The notes beneath the pieces are model-generated. The model made no database searches. It was not told the origin of the DNA and saw only the letters and a list, made by a program, of their open reading frames with translations. A stretch of 64,000 nt of DNA from an uncultured Acidobacteriota bacterium (GTDB lineage: Bacteria; Acidobacteriota; Vicinamibacteria; Fen-336), in the NCBI GenBank assembly GCA_963697835.1, contig CAVOPG010000006.1:41529-105528 (forward strand), written 5' to 3'. The position numbers and the translations under genes are program-made. Positions 62,527-64,000 of this stretch are shown here, piece after piece. Each line of letters opens with the position of its first letter. The first letter of the stretch is position 1.

Positions 62527-62624
62527 AGCTCGTCCGCGAGCCTGCGGGACCGCAGCCCCTCGAAGCCAGCGATGGCGCGAGCGTAGGCGCTGTCCACAGG
62601 TTCGCAGCTCCTCGGGCCCTGAGG

Positions 62625-63254
62625 CTATCGCATCACCCGCATGACCGCGACGGTCATGTCGTCGGCGCGGCCCCGCTTGGCGGCGGCGTCGAGGACGGCA
62701 CCGGGCATGTCGTGGAAGGGGCGAGCGAGGCCAGCTCGCGTGGCACGGTCGATGCCCGCGAGACCGAGCGGTGCCCACACCCCGTCGCTCACCAGCAGGA
62801 GGACGTCGCGGGGGGAGAGTGCGGTGGTGAACACGACGGGGCTCACTTCCCCGCTGCCGAGTCGGAGCTTCGAGGGTTGGTCGCTGAGCACGGTGGTGGG
62901 GCCTTCGAGGGGGACAAGGTAGGCGCGGGAGTCGCCGCAGATCACGCCGATGAGCTGGTCGCCGAGGATGGCGGCGGCTACGAGAGTGGTCTCGGCTCCG
63001 CCCGCGAGTGCGCGATCAACCTGCTTGGCGAGTCGCCCCCACACAGCGGGGTCGAGAGCTTGGCCGAGGGTCATGGCGCGGATCGCGGCGTCGAGGAGGA
63101 AGAGGGCACGCTTCGCCACACCCGCAGCGGCCTCAGCGCCGTCGCACACCGCGGCCCACGGGATGGGTGTGAGGCCGTGGGCCCAAGCGTCTTGGTTCTG
63201 GGTGAGAGTGCGGCCCTCCTGTGGGCGGGTCTCACCGTGGACTTCGATGGTCAT
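62625..63254 (-). CDS. PP2C-family Ser/Thr phosphatase-like protein (209 aa)
   Basis: MTIEVHGETRPQEGRTLTQNQDAW..AAVCDGAEAAAG..IGVICGDSRAYLV..VLLLVSDGVW..RADDMTVAVMRV. These match the PP2C motifs (NEDA, DGxGG-like, GDSR, SDG, DDxT). Confidence 0.7.
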   Translation of the reverse strand: MTIEVHGETRPQEGRTLTQNQDAWAHGLTPIPWAAVCDGAEAAAGVAKRALFLLDAAIRAMTLGQALDPAVWGRLAKQVDRALAGGAETTLVAAAILGDQLIGVICGDSRAYLVPLEGPTTVLSDQPSKLRLGSGEVSPVVFTTALSPRDVLLLVSDGVWAPLGLAGIDRATRAGLARPFHDMPGAVLDAAAKRGRADDMTVAVMRVMR

Positions 63255-63402
63255 TGGCTGACCCCACGGAGGCTTCCAGTGCTTTCTTGTGCTCTTGGGC
63301 TTGCACCACGTACTCCGAAGTCTTCTGCTCTTGGGTCTTCTTGGGGTCGGTATCGAAGTAGACGCCCGCACACGAGCCCAGCTTCAGGATGCTGCCGTTC
63401 AT
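63232..63402 (-). CDS. Micro-ORF (56 aa) translationally overlapping the PP2C start; absent from the ORF track
   Basis: ATG 63402 follows GGGAGG. Own translation: MNGSILKLGSCAGVYFDTDPKKTQEQKTSEYVVQAQEHKKALEASVGSANDHRSPR. Confidence 0.4.
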   Translation of the reverse strand: MNGSILKLGSCAGVYFDTDPKKTQEQKTSEYVVQAQEHKKALEASVGSANDHRSPR

Positions 63403-63417
63403 GTCGTCCGCCTCCCG

Positions 63418-63612
63418 TCAGCGGGACGAGGGTACACCCGCCGGCAGAGGGCTAGGACCTCGGGTGAGATGAGCCATCTGGGCTACGCCGGTGGGTACGG
63501 CACACATGAGCGGAGACACAGCGCCGCAACCCGGGTCCGTGTGACAGTCGAGGAACCGTCCCACCTCACACACCCGGCACCCACTCGACAGGTAGGCTCC
63601 CCTGCCATGCAC
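63418..63612 (-). CDS. Small Cys-rich ORF (64 aa), possible zinc-ribbon-like protein; weak call
   Basis: HGRGAYLSSGCRVCEVGRFLDCHTDPGCGAVSPLMC. Its stop lies 15 nt before the next ATG. Confidence 0.25.
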   Translation of the reverse strand: MHGRGAYLSSGCRVCEVGRFLDCHTDPGCGAVSPLMCAVPTGVAQMAHLTRGPSPLPAGVPSSR

Positions 63613-63613
63613 G

Positions 63614-64000
63614 TCATCCTGTGCGGGGCCCTCGGGGCGGCTCTATGCGGTGCCCGGGGCCGAGGGCACTCTGCGTGGCTTCGAGATCGTGGGCGTGTCG
63701 GTGATTCCCGACAGCATGGGAGAAGTCGCCCGCGAAATCTGCGATGCGATCATGGGTGAGGAGCGTCTGTGGGCGGCGCGAGGAAGAGCCGGCCCTGGGC
63801 GAGCAGGCCGGTCCGCGGCAGTCGGTGTTCGTTCTTTCCGAGATGAGGCACCAGCGGCGTGAAGGCCGTCCGCTTCAAAAGGCTCTGGACGGGCTTCTGT
63901 TGAAGACCATCGCCGCTTGGCAGTCTTTCCTGGCCTTTCGATGCTAGAATAGTGTCGTAGAACTGGCTGAAGCACCGGCCCAGCAATCCGCCCGGGATCT
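63614..64000 (-). CDS. Partial ORF of unknown function running off the window end; strand and frame ambiguous
   Basis: Minus frames read IPGGLLGRCFSQFYDTILASKGQERLPSGDGLQQKPVQSLLKRTAFTPLVPHLGKNEHRLPRTGLLAQGRLFL, then THDRIADFAGDFSHAVGNHRHAHDLEATQSALGPGHRIEPPRGPRTG. The plus-strand ORFs here look almost equally protein-like. Confidence 0.2.

Larger units (their letters stand above)
62005..64000. mobile_element. Left end of a probable foreign (phage or island-like) element that interrupts tRNA-Val; continues beyond the window
   Basis: Visibly lower GC. A tightly packed minus-strand operon carries HNH endonuclease, PP2C phosphatase and micro-ORFs. It starts where tRNA homology ends. Confidence 0.4.

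Noticed and set aside
63650-63947. Plus-strand ORFs at the window end (MPGAEGTLRGFEIVGVSVIPDSMGEVAREICDAIMGEE...; ...LQKALDGLLLKTIAAWQSFLAFRC) as the real genes here.
   Set aside because: I could not decide between them and the minus-strand frames; third-position GC is similar on both strands. I kept the minus-strand call at low confidence, only because the neighbouring genes form a tight minus-strand operon.

Overview
Very GC-rich bacterial chromosomal segment. I judged GC by eye and did not compute it. The gene content (a TIGR03436-style VWA protein, a TonB receptor fronted by a CarboxypepD_reg domain, an MXAN_5187-type protein) suggests an Acidobacteriota-like lineage, but this is inference only.

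Most of the window is core housekeeping on the minus strand:
- dacB, plsC and a PIN/TRAM protein
- radA, dnaB, rplI, a DUF2232 protein, rpsR and rpsF
- pth, rplY, prs, tRNA-Gln, spoVG and ispE
- purH
- a nuo operon

On the plus strand are selA, an M23 peptidase, pyk, rlpA, an LPS-core/O-antigen pair and a class A PBP.

About thirty of the ~60 CDS have their reading frame broken by small indels, including essential genes (dnaB, rpsR, prs, pth, nuo). I read these as consensus or assembly errors, not pseudogenes, and I called genes by stitching frames. Coordinates of the broken genes are therefore approximate.

Two visibly lower-GC accessory patches exist:
1. 45.8-50.2 kb, directly after an intact tRNA-Arg(TCG). 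It carries a DUF433/DUF5615 toxin-antitoxin-like operon with a third gene, a 3-TM coiled-coil protein and a secreted protein. No integrase is present.
2. 62.0 kb to the window end. It abuts a tRNA-Val(CAC) that keeps its promoter but is cut after the anticodon arm, and it carries HNH, PP2C and micro-ORFs.

Most interesting items:
- A compact, fully intact RiPP-like cassette at 51.0-53.4 kb. It comprises a 53-aa three-Cys precursor missing from the ORF track, a radical SAM/SPASM enzyme and an HPr-kinase-like P-loop protein.
- A sigma54 two-component module (53.4-58.1 kb) flanked by two secreted Gly-rich proteins, each with a -24/-12 promoter.
- An orphan promoter, repeat array and intrinsic terminator that looks like an sRNA gene (58.2-58.4 kb).
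- A tightly coupled nuo operon that skips nuoB, C, D, G and I.

I saw no rRNA, CRISPR array, transposase or integrase.
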